DNA from: Candidatus Woesearchaeota archaeon
Lineage (GTDB): Archaea; Nanobdellota; Nanobdellia; Pacearchaeales; GW2011-AR1
Length of the DNA: 64,000 nucleotides
NCBI GenBank assembly: GCA_964608765.1
Contig: CAZSPD010000004.1
Coordinates: 658 to 64,657 of the forward strand
Direction: 5' to 3'
Of this stretch, positions 18,948 through 29,395 are shown one piece after another. The notes under the pieces are model-generated. The model saw only the letters and a program-made list of their open reading frames with translations. It ran no database searches and was not told where the DNA came from. The first letter of the stretch is position 1. Each line of letters starts with the position of its first letter. The translations under genes and the position numbers were made by a program.

Positions 18948-21900
18948 TTAGTAAGGATTTCTCTTAATATAAACAACTATTGCAATTATTATTAAGATTG
19001 TTAATCCTAAGATAACTGCGAGAATTATCCACTGTAATTTACTAGCATTAAGAGGAGTTTTTTTAGTGTTTTCTTCAAACATTACTTTAACATTTGGAAG
19101 AGTTTCTTTTACAGATTTTTCATTAACACCTAAATTAACTGAATTTGAAGTGAATGATAGTTTCTTTGTTTTTGAAGTTTCTTTACTTGAACCTGAAGAA
19201 AGTACAATAGGTTCCTTAGTATCTGAAGGGTTTTTAGTTTCTGAGTCTCCTAAGATTATTACACTTCCAGAATCTTTGTTTAACACTATTGTATTTCCTG
19301 GTATTACAATTTCTGTTTCTTTATTTGAACCTGATACTATTAAATCAATTAATTTAGAATCTGATTTATCTCTATAGTCAATACTTACTTTTAAATCATA
19401 AAGTCCGTATTGTGCATTATCAGGTAATTTTAGATTAAAGAGTTTTGATTCTTTATCTTTGCCTCCGTATTTTTCTATTTTGATTTCTTCACTTCTTTCA
19501 TGTATTCCTAGTGAAGGGATTTCAAGTGTTATAAACACATTTTCATTTGATTTCCCTATATTTTCTATTTTTACTTTAACACCTAATTCTTCCCCTGGAG
19601 AAACCTCCTTTTTCCCTGCAACTATATCTGAAATTATTACTTTGTGTTTTTCTCTTTCTATTTTTGTTTCAATATAATTTGTATTGCACCATCCATCTTC
19701 ACTTTCTACATGAACATAAATTACAAATTCATTGTTTTCAATATCTGAAGGTATTTTTATAGTAAAGTCAACATCTTCATATCCATTTTCTTTTATGAAT
19801 ACGCTTTCTTTTATTATTTCAATACTTTCTTCTTCTTTAATGTCATATAAGTAGATTTCAATATCAAAATCACTATCATCATTAAGTTTGTTTTTTAATC
19901 TTATATTTCCATTAATTGTTTCACCTACTTCAAAGCTGTCTTTTTTTCCTGGTTTCTTTATAGTTATTTGAATTGAATCACTTTTATCTTCTAAAGAACA
20001 TTTTTCAGCATCAGTAAATTTAGGAGGTTCTTTTGCATCTTTAACTGTTATTGTTATTTCTTCAGAGTCTTTTAATCCTGTGTTATCTTCTACTATAAAT
20101 GTTAATTTGTATGTTCCAGATTGAGTGTAGTCTGGTGTCCAGGCAAATGTTCCTCTACCTTTTCCATTGTCTGTGAATGTTGCACCTTCTGGTAAATTTT
20201 CAACAGATAGTGTAAGTGGGTCTCTATCTTGGTCTGTTGCACTTATAGTGAATTTTAATTCAGTATTTTCACTTACTTCTTTATTTCCTATTTTACTAAG
20301 TATTGGGTTATCTGGAGCATCTATATTAATTTCCCAGTTTTCTAGTGCTTTATTTTTGTTTGAGCCGTCATTACATTCAATATTCCAGGTGTGTATACCA
20401 TCTTTAAGATAATCAATATAAAAGCTTCCTATAGTATTATTTTCAAATTTAGATGTTTCAAGAACAATATTATTTATTATAATACTACATTCAATTTCTT
20501 CAGCTAGATTATCTTTTACATAAAATTCAAATAATACTTCTCTATCTATATTAAAGATAGTATTATTGTAGGGAGTTTCAAGTTCTACTTCTGGTTTTGT
20601 AACATCATCTGTGTTTGATACACCTTTTGTTGGATAGTCGAGTATTTCCCACTTATTTGATGCATCTGGAATTCTAGCAAGAGAATTATATTTCTCATTG
20701 AATTCTTGATATTCCATTGTGTTTATTATTATTCTATTACAAGATAATTCTAAATATCCGCTTTTTTTGAGTGCATTCCATCCAAATACAGAAAATCCTT
20801 TTTTATCTAGTATTCCATAGAGCATTATTTCTTCAGTTCCATTTGAAATTACACACCCTTCTAGTATAAATTCTGATTCTTCAGGATTATATAATTCAAT
20901 CCATCCTTCACTTCCTGTAACAATTTCATTTATGAATATTTTTTGCATTACACTAACTTGCACTATTGTTTGACTGTAATCTTGTCCATCATATGCTTTA
21001 ATAATGAATTTATATTCTCCAAAATCACTTTCAGTTGTTTGCCATTCAAAATTGTTATTATCTTGAGTGAATCTTGAATCATTTATTGACAATTCAATTT
21101 CATCTCCTTCAATATCACTTGCAATTACACTAAATTCAATTAATCCTCCTGCAAGAATAAATTGTTTTTCTATTTCTTGGATTCTAGGAGCATCATTAAC
21201 AGAGTTAACTGTTATTGGAATTATTTCAATTATTTCCAATTCTCCATCACTTATTTTTATTCTTATTTCTCCTTCACCATACCAGTCTTCTTTAGGAGTT
21301 ATTAATATTGAAGTATTGTATTCATTTAATTCAACAGTTATTTGTGGAGATGTTGACTCAAAAGAATAACTTAATTCACTGTCAGGGTCATAAACCCAGT
21401 TTTCTAAAATTATTTCATATATATTGTCTTCATCTATTTCAATGTATTCTATTTTATTTATTATTTTAGGAGCATCATTAATAGGAAGAACTCTTAATGA
21501 GATGTTGTTTGTGTATGCTGTATTTATTCCATCACTTGCTTTAAAGATTATCCAGTCTTCTCCATACCAGTCTTTTTGAGATTTAAAGTGTGCAATACCG
21601 TTTTCTATTTTTTGAAGGATAATATTTGATTCATCTGAGCTTTCAGAGAAAAGATAGTAAAGTGTATCTCCATCTAAATCATAGAAATATTGAGTTAAAT
21701 CTAGTGTGTGAGTTGTATCTTCATTCCATTCTTGTGTTGGGATTTCCATTAATAATTCTGGAGCTTTATTTTTGTTCCAGACTTTTACACTGAATTTTTT
21801 AGTTGAACTTAATTCTTTATCACTTGCTGTTATAAAGAAATTATAATCTCCTTCATCTTCATATCCTGTTTGCCAAGTAAAGTGAGTTGGGTCTTCGGGG

Positions 21901-22733
21901 TCTTGTGTGAATCTTGAGTCATTTAGTGCATAGGATATTTTATCATCTTCAGAGTCATATGCTATAACATACACTTCAACTAATTCAGTTTCATGAACAG
22001 ATATTTTTGAAATGTCTTGTATTTCAGGAGGGTGATTTCCATCTCTTTCTAGTGCCCAGATAATTGAATTTGAAATTAATTTTTTAGAGTGTTCTGTTAG
22101 AGAACCCATTTCAACAAAGCCAATAAATACTCCTCTTGCATTGGATATTTTTCCTCCTCTTAGTACTGCTCCTTTATTGAGTGTTGTGACAATTCCTCCA
22201 TTGTAATTATTTGCTCCATCTGCAACTATTATATTCATTCCTGGAGCAGTGTAGAATTTTGAAATATATCTTAAATTATAAGAGATTAATACTTTGTCTG
22301 TTGTGTAGGGAATAAAACTTGAAGGAATATCTCTTGCTACAAAACTTTCAGTATTTTGAACATAAATTGTGCTAGGATAATTTGAAGATTTTATAGAGAC
22401 TGTTCTTCCTGTCCATCCCCATTCTTCTAGATGGTGTGTATTAAATATGACTGAGTTTTTTTGATTTACAGGAATAAGTGAAGGATTAGTGAATACACCT
22501 TCTCCTACAACTATCATTTTATAATTTGAAAAGTCTGTTGTTCCAAGAGAATTTTGATAGATAACATCATAATCATATCCCAGTGTATTAAAGATTTGTA
22601 TTAGTGAGTTTTCAGTGTAAGCTTCATTTTTAGTTACGTATGCAATGTCTTTTGCACTTACACTTCCTACTAGTGTTAAGATAGTTAGTACTAGTGTGAG
22701 GCTTAAAAGGAATTTACTTTTTTTATTATTCAT
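18948..22733 (-). CDS. Large surface adhesin: cadherin/Ig-like repeats, lamin-tail-like and CARDB-like domains, C-terminal TM
   Basis: Signal peptide; repeated NHPP/NKAP/NDAP cadherin-like starts; FINEIV...WIELYNP; TM followed by KRNPY. Confidence 0.82.
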   Translation of the reverse strand: MNNKKSKFLLSLTLVLTILTLVGSVSAKDIAYVTKNEAYTENSLIQIFNTLGYDYDVIYQNSLGTTDFSNYKMIVVGEGVFTNPSLIPVNQKNSVIFNTHHLEEWGWTGRTVSIKSSNYPSTIYVQNTESFVARDIPSSFIPYTTDKVLISYNLRYISKFYTAPGMNIIVADGANNYNGGIVTTLNKGAVLRGGKISNARGVFIGFVEMGSLTEHSKKLISNSIIWALERDGNHPPEIQDISKISVHETELVEVYVIAYDSEDDKISYALNDSRFTQDPEDPTHFTWQTGYEDEGDYNFFITASDKELSSTKKFSVKVWNKNKAPELLMEIPTQEWNEDTTHTLDLTQYFYDLDGDTLYYLFSESSDESNIILQKIENGIAHFKSQKDWYGEDWIIFKASDGINTAYTNNISLRVLPINDAPKIINKIEYIEIDEDNIYEIILENWVYDPDSELSYSFESTSPQITVELNEYNTSILITPKEDWYGEGEIRIKISDGELEIIEIIPITVNSVNDAPRIQEIEKQFILAGGLIEFSVIASDIEGDEIELSINDSRFTQDNNNFEWQTTESDFGEYKFIIKAYDGQDYSQTIVQVSVMQKIFINEIVTGSEGWIELYNPEESEFILEGCVISNGTEEIMLYGILDKKGFSVFGWNALKKSGYLELSCNRIIINTMEYQEFNEKYNSLARIPDASNKWEILDYPTKGVSNTDDVTKPEVELETPYNNTIFNIDREVLFEFYVKDNLAEEIECSIIINNIVLETSKFENNTIGSFYIDYLKDGIHTWNIECNDGSNKNKALENWEINIDAPDNPILSKIGNKEVSENTELKFTISATDQDRDPLTLSVENLPEGATFTDNGKGRGTFAWTPDYTQSGTYKLTFIVEDNTGLKDSEEITITVKDAKEPPKFTDAEKCSLEDKSDSIQITIKKPGKKDSFEVGETINGNIRLKNKLNDDSDFDIEIYLYDIKEEESIEIIKESVFIKENGYEDVDFTIKIPSDIENNEFVIYVHVESEDGWCNTNYIETKIEREKHKVIISDIVAGKKEVSPGEELGVKVKIENIGKSNENVFITLEIPSLGIHERSEEIKIEKYGGKDKESKLFNLKLPDNAQYGLYDLKVSIDYRDKSDSKLIDLIVSGSNKETEIVIPGNTIVLNKDSGSVIILGDSETKNPSDTKEPIVLSSGSSKETSKTKKLSFTSNSVNLGVNEKSVKETLPNVKVMFEENTKKTPLNASKLQWIILAVILGLTILIIIAIVVYIKRNPY

Positions 22734-22736
22734 TTT

Positions 22737-23357
22737 TTATTTTCTTTTACTTTTACTCTTAGTTTTCTTTTTCTTCCTCTTTTTACCCCAAATATAAATT
22801 AAGATTAATAATATAATAGCGAGTATGAATGTGCTTATTCCCCAAATTTTAATTAAACTTGAAGAGTTTTCTGTTTTTCCTGAATTATTTGAACTGCCTG
22901 AGTTGCCTTCTTCGGTATTTGAATTATCTTCCTCTTCTTCATAGTCTCCTTGTTTTTTTGCAATAACTATTATTGTTGAAGAGAGTACAACTCCTGCTTC
23001 TTTTCCGTCAATTGAATTAAAAAATACATTTACTCTTCCTTCGTAAGTTCCTACTTTTTTTACTTTTATTTTAATTTCAGCTTTTTTATTTTCATCTGGT
23101 TCTAAGATAAAAGTTTCATCAATTAATTCAATAAATTTTGATGCATTTGAATCTAGTTGAAGTGTTATATTTACTGGAACATCATTAACATTATTTACAA
23201 GTATTGTTTTTTGGACAATTGTGTTTGACCATCCATTAACTTCTGGATATAAAATCATTCTTCCATTTCCTATAGAACCAGTGATTGCTGAAACAACTAG
23301 GGTTCCTGAGATTAGGAACATAAATGCGAATAGTATCAGTATCTTTTTGTCTTTCAT
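22737..23357 (-). CDS. Secreted Ig-like protein with C-terminal TM and basic tail
   Basis: Signal peptide (VVSA|ITGS), TM followed by KKRKKKKTKSKSKRK. Confidence 0.75.
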   Translation of the reverse strand: MKDKKILILFAFMFLISGTLVVSAITGSIGNGRMILYPEVNGWSNTIVQKTILVNNVNDVPVNITLQLDSNASKFIELIDETFILEPDENKKAEIKIKVKKVGTYEGRVNVFFNSIDGKEAGVVLSSTIIVIAKKQGDYEEEEDNSNTEEGNSGSSNNSGKTENSSSLIKIWGISTFILAIILLILIYIWGKKRKKKKTKSKSKRK

Positions 23358-23440
23358 GTGACACTCTAGAATGAAGACACTATTTAAAGATTATTGTCGT
23401 CGAGAAACTTATTATTTGTTATTACTTTTATTTAATGAAT

Positions 23441-24307
23441 TTATTTTGTTTTGGGTTTTAGAGGGTTTTTAATTGTCTTTTTCATTTCAAAATAGAAGTT
23501 TTTGAAAAATAAAATTGAAAATGGAACTAATATGATATTTACTATAAGTAGGTAGAGTGTTTCTAGTGCTTTAGTTGCAATAAGAAGAGATAAAGAAACA
23601 TCCCACTGCTGAAGGAGTGTTTTTTTAAGATTTATCATAGTAACAGGAGCTTTAACAAGTGAGATAACAGCAATTACTAAAAATACTATTAATACAAATA
23701 GTATAATATATCCAAAAGTTTTCCACCATCTACCTTTCACTATTTTTCTACTTTTTTTAAGAGATTCTATTATTCCTTTATCTTCTTCAAAGAATACATA
23801 GGCTGCAAAAATCCAAAATACTCCAAATATTATTCCAGGTATTAAAAATACTAGGCTAAGAAGAACGAGGAATATCCAGGATACAATTGAAAACCCTAGG
23901 AATTTCCAGTATTTTTCCTTACCTTTTTTAATAATTCCTTTAAATGAAAATTTTGAGTTTTTAATTGAACTATTAATTAGTCCTGCACTTACAAATATTG
24001 AGAGTAAAAAGCTTATTATTCCTAGTATGGAGGTTATTATAAGATAGTATGAAGGTATTTGAATAGTATTTTCAATTAAAGAATTAATTAGTTCAGGATT
24101 AGAGAGTATTTCTAGTATTTTTTTGTCAAAGGACATTGTAAGTATCTGGAAGAGTGCACTTGCAACTAAAATTATTCCAGAGAATATTAGCATGAATTTG
24201 AGTATTCCCTTGAAATTAGATTTATACTCCTCAATACTTTTTGAGAATATTTTGCTAAAAGTAAATTCTTTTTCTGGCTTTGATTCTTTTTTAGTTTGTT
24301 TTTTCAT
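23441..24307 (-). CDS. Polytopic membrane protein (DUF975/GDPD-membrane-domain-like)
   Basis: LIPGIIFGVFW, GIIESLKKSRKIVKGRWWKTF signature. Confidence 0.75.
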   Translation of the reverse strand: MKKQTKKESKPEKEFTFSKIFSKSIEEYKSNFKGILKFMLIFSGIILVASALFQILTMSFDKKILEILSNPELINSLIENTIQIPSYYLIITSILGIISFLLSIFVSAGLINSSIKNSKFSFKGIIKKGKEKYWKFLGFSIVSWIFLVLLSLVFLIPGIIFGVFWIFAAYVFFEEDKGIIESLKKSRKIVKGRWWKTFGYIILFVLIVFLVIAVISLVKAPVTMINLKKTLLQQWDVSLSLLIATKALETLYLLIVNIILVPFSILFFKNFYFEMKKTIKNPLKPKTK

Positions 24308-24422
24308 TTTCCCCTTTTTTATTAAAACTTGATGAAAAATATATTGTATTAATATAAATTGTTTATATAAACTTTATTATTTAAGAGAAAGGAGTTTATT
24401 TTTTAAATAATTTAAATTAAAG

Positions 24423-26288
24423 TTAAAGTGCTTCACCCCAGAAGTAAATACTTCCACTATCAAAGTTTCCATTACATGGTTCAGGCATATTTAGTTTAAA
24501 TATTAAACTCATTTTTGAGCCTGGAGCAAGAATATTTGCAAGGTAATATCCATTGTAGTTATTTGCTTGGATTATCTCGTGTCTATCATAGAATCTATTA
24601 GGATTATTAAATCCAATACCGTAGTTAATTGATAAATACCCTTCAGCATCTTTAGTTCTTCCTATTTGCATATCTTGTTTTGTTGAGTAGGCTCCATTTG
24701 TTGCATAATATGCAAAGTTGCTTAAACTTAATTGATTTGTAGTCGGGCATTTAGCTCCTGAGCTTGAAGAGTCGTAAAAGTTTGTTCCTGATATGAACAT
24801 GTCAAGTAAAACTCCTGAACCAAAGTCAGCATCATTTCCAATTAATACTCTTCTAGAGTATGAACTAGTTCCTGGTCTTACTTCATCAAAGTTTATTTCT
24901 CCGTCAATTGATAATTGTATTAGAGGGTTAAAGAACCAGTATTCCATTTCAGCCATTTCACCTATAATTCCATCTAAATCTTCAGCTTCAACAGTTACTT
25001 CATATTCTCCGTACATTGAATCAAAAGTTTCTACAGTTAAAGTACATTCATAGTATGCCATTGTTTCTGGATTGAATGTTGTTAATTTTTCTTCTAATAT
25101 TCTAGCATTACATGAAGGGTCTATTGCATTTGGATCTGTTTGTTCAGGGACTTCAGTATTTGTTTTGTTTTCATTATTTTCATTACCATTATTGTTTCCA
25201 CTCTCTCCATTATCTCCTCCTCCAATTCCTATTGAACCTCCTCCGAAATTAAATAATTGAATTCCACCAGGTGTTTGAAGAGGGTTATTATTTTGAGGTA
25301 CTTTGTAGTTGATTATTCTTTTACAATTAGCTTCAATACTTCCATCAAGACTTACATAAACATCTTTAACTTTGTCGATTCCGTTTTTATCCATTACAAG
25401 AACAGTCCATTTGATTTGCTCACCTTCAAAAGCATAATTGTTTATTCTTTCAACTAGTACTTGATTAGCAGCACTTACTCTTCCAGGTTCAGTTGAATCA
25501 TCATATACAACTCTATCATGACACTGCCAAACTAGTGGTGCAAAATCTTCAACTGTTACACTGAATGGTTTTCTACAATTATTATTACATTTATCATTAT
25601 TTATTCTATTACCATCATCACACTGTTCATGAGAAGCTTGAAGTATTCCATCTCCGCAAAATCCTCCATTTAATTTTATTGTTTTACATTCACTTGAACA
25701 GTAGTTGCATGAAGAACCATATTCAGGAGTACATTTTATTCCATTGTTTTCTCCATTATCGCACTCTTCTCCTGCTTCTTTGATTCCATTTCCACAAAAT
25801 CCTTGTCCATTTCCACTTCCATTATTGTTTCCGTTTCCTTCACTTCCATTGTTTCCAGTTCCTCCATTATTTCCATTGTTACCATTATTTCCTGCATTTG
25901 GATCATCATTGTAAACATATAAATCCTTGAATGAGGTTTGTTGACTTAAATTAATTGATACTCCTTTTACATATTTGTCATAGTTTGCATTCTCAAATGT
26001 GAATATGTTCCAGGTGTCTCCATTAACTGCTTTTTGAGGAGTAGTGTAGGATGTTCCATCAGTATAAAAGAAAGTTGATTCAGCATAAAGCCCATTGTCT
26101 ATTCCTTTTATTGATATTTTAAAGAATCCTACTTTTGCATTAGAAATATAGATTGGATAGTATTTTGAAGTTGTTTTATATTCAGCATTAGTGTTTGTTA
26201 TCATAGATGCACTTGCAAATGAGAGTAAAATTAAAGTTAGTGCTAGTATTGCGAATGTTATTCCAAATGTTTTTTTGCTTGTTTTCAT
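24423..26288 (-). CDS. Secreted protein, paralog 1 of a family with a conserved ~300-aa C-terminal domain; N/G-rich linkers and Cys-rich repeats
   Basis: Signal peptide; F.P.VWQC.DR.VYDD...ERINNYAFEGEQ...FWGEAL shared with 26337..29348 and 30715..31845. Confidence 0.85.
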   Translation of the reverse strand: MKTSKKTFGITFAILALTLILLSFASASMITNTNAEYKTTSKYYPIYISNAKVGFFKISIKGIDNGLYAESTFFYTDGTSYTTPQKAVNGDTWNIFTFENANYDKYVKGVSINLSQQTSFKDLYVYNDDPNAGNNGNNGNNGGTGNNGSEGNGNNNGSGNGQGFCGNGIKEAGEECDNGENNGIKCTPEYGSSCNYCSSECKTIKLNGGFCGDGILQASHEQCDDGNRINNDKCNNNCRKPFSVTVEDFAPLVWQCHDRVVYDDSTEPGRVSAANQVLVERINNYAFEGEQIKWTVLVMDKNGIDKVKDVYVSLDGSIEANCKRIINYKVPQNNNPLQTPGGIQLFNFGGGSIGIGGGDNGESGNNNGNENNENKTNTEVPEQTDPNAIDPSCNARILEEKLTTFNPETMAYYECTLTVETFDSMYGEYEVTVEAEDLDGIIGEMAEMEYWFFNPLIQLSIDGEINFDEVRPGTSSYSRRVLIGNDADFGSGVLLDMFISGTNFYDSSSSGAKCPTTNQLSLSNFAYYATNGAYSTKQDMQIGRTKDAEGYLSINYGIGFNNPNRFYDRHEIIQANNYNGYYLANILAPGSKMSLIFKLNMPEPCNGNFDSGSIYFWGEAL

Positions 26289-26336
26289 TTTGTTTTTGTG
26301 TTTTTTTATTTATGTTTTATTTTATTTGTTTTTTAT

Positions 26337-29300
26337 TTATACTGCTTCAGCCCAGAACCTAATGTGTCCTGAGTTAAATGTCCCAACGCACGGTTCAGGT
26401 ACATTTAATCTGAATATAAGTGTCATGTCTGCTCCAGGAGAAAGTAAATTTCCTGTGTAATATGGTCCTGCTTTTTGCACCTGTAGTACTTCGTGAGAAT
26501 TGTAGAATTTATAAGGATTATTGAATTCTAATCCATAGTTTACACTACAATATCCTTCACTATCACAAGTTCTTCCTACTTGCATATCTTGTTTTGTTGA
26601 GTGTGCTCCATTTGTTGCATAATATGCGAAGTTGCTTAAACTTAATTGATTTGTAGTCGGGCATTTAGCTCCTGAGCTTGAAGAGTCGTAAAAGTTTGTT
26701 CCTGACACAAATACATCTAATAAAACTCCTGAACCAGAATCTGCATTATTTGTAAGAATAACTGGTGAAGAGTATTCCAGTGTTCCTGGCCTGAGTATAC
26801 TACTGAAACTAATGCCTCCTTGAACATTTAGAGATACAATTGGATTAAGGAACCAGACTTCTGTTTCATCCATTATTCCTATTTCTCCATATAAATCTTC
26901 AGCTTCAATTGTTATTTCTGATTTTCCATACATTGAGTCTGAAGTTTCAACAGTTAAGATACATTCATAGTATGCCATTGTTTCTGGATTAAATGTTGTT
27001 AATTTTTCTTCTAAGATTCTAGCATTACATGAAGGATCCATTTTATTGTCTCTAAGTATTCTACAATTAGCTTCAATAATTCCATCTAGTGTTACATAAA
27101 CATCTTTAACTTTGTCAATTCCATTTTTATCCATTACAAGGACTTTCCATCTTATTTGTTCTCCTTCAAATGCATAATTGTTTATTCTTTCAATTAGAGG
27201 TTCACCACCTTGAGATATTCTTCCTGGGCGTGTGAAATCATCGTACACTAATCTTTCATCACACTGCCAGACTAAGGGGGTAAATTCTTCAATAGTCATA
27301 TTTGGAACACAAATTCCATTAGGGCATTCATTTTTACATAGTGAAGAACATCCATCTCCATTCTTAGTGTTTCCATCATCACACTGTTCATTAGGTGTTT
27401 GAAGTATTCCATCTCCACAAAATCCTCCAGAGAGTGTAAGTAATTTACAAGTGCTTGAGCAATAAGCACAAGTTTTTCCGTATTTAGCTACACATAATTT
27501 CCCATTGTTTATTCCTGAATCACACTCTTCTCCTAATTCTAAAATTCCATTTCCACATTCTGGAAGTTTATATTCAATTTTACAATCATGAGAACATCCA
27601 TCTCCATCGATATTATTTCCATCATCGCACTCTTCATTATTTTGTTTTATTCCATCTCCGCAAAATTCAATTTTACATAGTGAGGAGCATCCATCATTAT
27701 CATCAGTGTTTCCATCATCACATTCTTCTCCTGTTTCTAGTATTCCATTTCCACATAGTGGTTCAGGTCCATCACAAAGAACATAAAAGCTTCTAGTTGC
27801 TTTATTATCTGATTCATCATCTTCAATACAAAGTGGATTGTGTTGACTTATGATATTTAATGAGAGAGTGTATTTTGTATTGCACTCTAAATTATTTGTG
27901 TTTAGTGTGAGTGTTTTAGAGTGGAATTTAGTTATTGTGTAATTATAATTTGCAAGAGTATTTGAATTTACTTTGAAAATCATATTAGCATTATTTGTTG
28001 TGTCTGGGATATTATTGTTAATGTAGTATCTTACTTTGTAGGTTCCTTTTGGAATTGAAGGTGTTACTTGAGAAATCCAAGTTCCATTTTCATAACTTAG
28101 TGCTATGCCTGTTCCAAAAGAATTTGCATAAGAGTATCTTACTGATAAATCTTCAATACACTGTTCTTCTTCAGGTATTTCTATTTTACATTTAGAAGAA
28201 CATCCATCATTATCATCAGTGTTTCCATCATCACACTCTTCACCTTCTTCTAATATTCCATTTCCACATAGTGGTTCAGGTTCATCATCTTCACAAGTTA
28301 AATAAAAACTTCTAGTTGCTTTATTATCTGAATCATCATCTTCAATGCAAAGTGGATTGTGCTGGCTTACTACATTTAATGAAATAGTGTATTCTTTATC
28401 ACACTCTAGATTATTGGTATTTAGTGTGAGTGTTTTATAGTGGAATTGTTTTATTGTGTTATTATATTCTTCAAAAATATTTGAATTTAATTTAAGTGTT
28501 ATTAGTGCATTATTTGTTGTATTTTGGATATTATTATCAATGTAGTATCTTATAGTGTAAGTTCCTTTTGGAATTGAAGGTGTTATTTGAGAAATAAAAG
28601 TTCCATTTTCATAACTTATTGCTATGCCTGTTCCAAAAGAATTTGCATAAGAGTATCTTACTGATAAATCTTCAATACACTGTTCTTCTTCAGGTATTTC
28701 TATTTTACATTTAGAAGAACATCCATCATTATCATCAGTGTTTCCATCATCACACTCTTCACCTTCTTCTAATATTCCATTTCCACATTTTGGAAGGCAA
28801 TCATATTTAACATATAATTTATGGGTATTGCTTTGTTTCCAATCTTCTTGGTCACTCCAAGCTTTAAAGTGATTAGGTATTTCAAAATCTCCACACTCTT
28901 CTGGTTCAAGAACCTCCACTCTAATAAGAATTCTTCCAACTTCTCCTGGAGAAACAACATGGGCATTCCAGGTTAAAGTGTTTGTTAATTTATTGAATCC
29001 AGGCTGTGAGTGAGCAGAATGTCCAAAACTTATTCCTTCTTTATCACTATCTCTTTCTAGGTAAGTTGTGTAATTTAAGTATTTTAAATTTGAATCAAGT
29101 TTTTCTTGTATTTCAACTCCTCCACCAGTGCAAGGTTTATTTCCTTTATTTTCGTATTTTAGTGTGTAAAGAATAATATCTCCTGGTTTTACATTTGTTT
29201 TATCTGCACATTTAACTATTTCAAGGCAACATCCTGTACATGCACTTGCAAAACTTAAAAATAAAATTAAAGTAATTGCACTAGCTAAGAGTAGTTTTGA

Positions 29301-29348
29301 GGTTTTCTCTTTTTTTCTTTCTCTTTTTTGGTTCTCTTTTTGCACCAT
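26337..29348 (-). CDS. Secreted protein, paralog 2: DUF11-like domain, duplicated Cys-rich/Ig module, conserved C-terminal domain
   Basis: KCADKTNVKPGDIILYTLKYENKG (DUF11-like); CGNGILEEGEECDDGN repeats; ends FWAEAV. Confidence 0.85.
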   Translation of the reverse strand: MVQKENQKRERKKEKTSKLLLASAITLILFLSFASACTGCCLEIVKCADKTNVKPGDIILYTLKYENKGNKPCTGGGVEIQEKLDSNLKYLNYTTYLERDSDKEGISFGHSAHSQPGFNKLTNTLTWNAHVVSPGEVGRILIRVEVLEPEECGDFEIPNHFKAWSDQEDWKQSNTHKLYVKYDCLPKCGNGILEEGEECDDGNTDDNDGCSSKCKIEIPEEEQCIEDLSVRYSYANSFGTGIAISYENGTFISQITPSIPKGTYTIRYYIDNNIQNTTNNALITLKLNSNIFEEYNNTIKQFHYKTLTLNTNNLECDKEYTISLNVVSQHNPLCIEDDDSDNKATRSFYLTCEDDEPEPLCGNGILEEGEECDDGNTDDNDGCSSKCKIEIPEEEQCIEDLSVRYSYANSFGTGIALSYENGTWISQVTPSIPKGTYKVRYYINNNIPDTTNNANMIFKVNSNTLANYNYTITKFHSKTLTLNTNNLECNTKYTLSLNIISQHNPLCIEDDESDNKATRSFYVLCDGPEPLCGNGILETGEECDDGNTDDNDGCSSLCKIEFCGDGIKQNNEECDDGNNIDGDGCSHDCKIEYKLPECGNGILELGEECDSGINNGKLCVAKYGKTCAYCSSTCKLLTLSGGFCGDGILQTPNEQCDDGNTKNGDGCSSLCKNECPNGICVPNMTIEEFTPLVWQCDERLVYDDFTRPGRISQGGEPLIERINNYAFEGEQIRWKVLVMDKNGIDKVKDVYVTLDGIIEANCRILRDNKMDPSCNARILEEKLTTFNPETMAYYECILTVETSDSMYGKSEITIEAEDLYGEIGIMDETEVWFLNPIVSLNVQGGISFSSILRPGTLEYSSPVILTNNADSGSGVLLDVFVSGTNFYDSSSSGAKCPTTNQLSLSNFAYYATNGAHSTKQDMQVGRTCDSEGYCSVNYGLEFNNPYKFYNSHEVLQVQKAGPYYTGNLLSPGADMTLIFRLNVPEPCVGTFNSGHIRFWAEAV
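27688..28790. repeat. Intragenic tandem duplication, about 515-bp unit, two copies plus a partial
   Basis: catccatcattatcatcagtgtttccatcatcaca recurs at 27688, 28201 and 28720; the protein block CIEDLSVRYSYANSFGTGIA occurs twice. Confidence 0.9.
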
Positions 29349-29395
29349 TTTTTATTCATTTTTCACCTCTCTCTAAACTCTTTTTTATAATCTAA

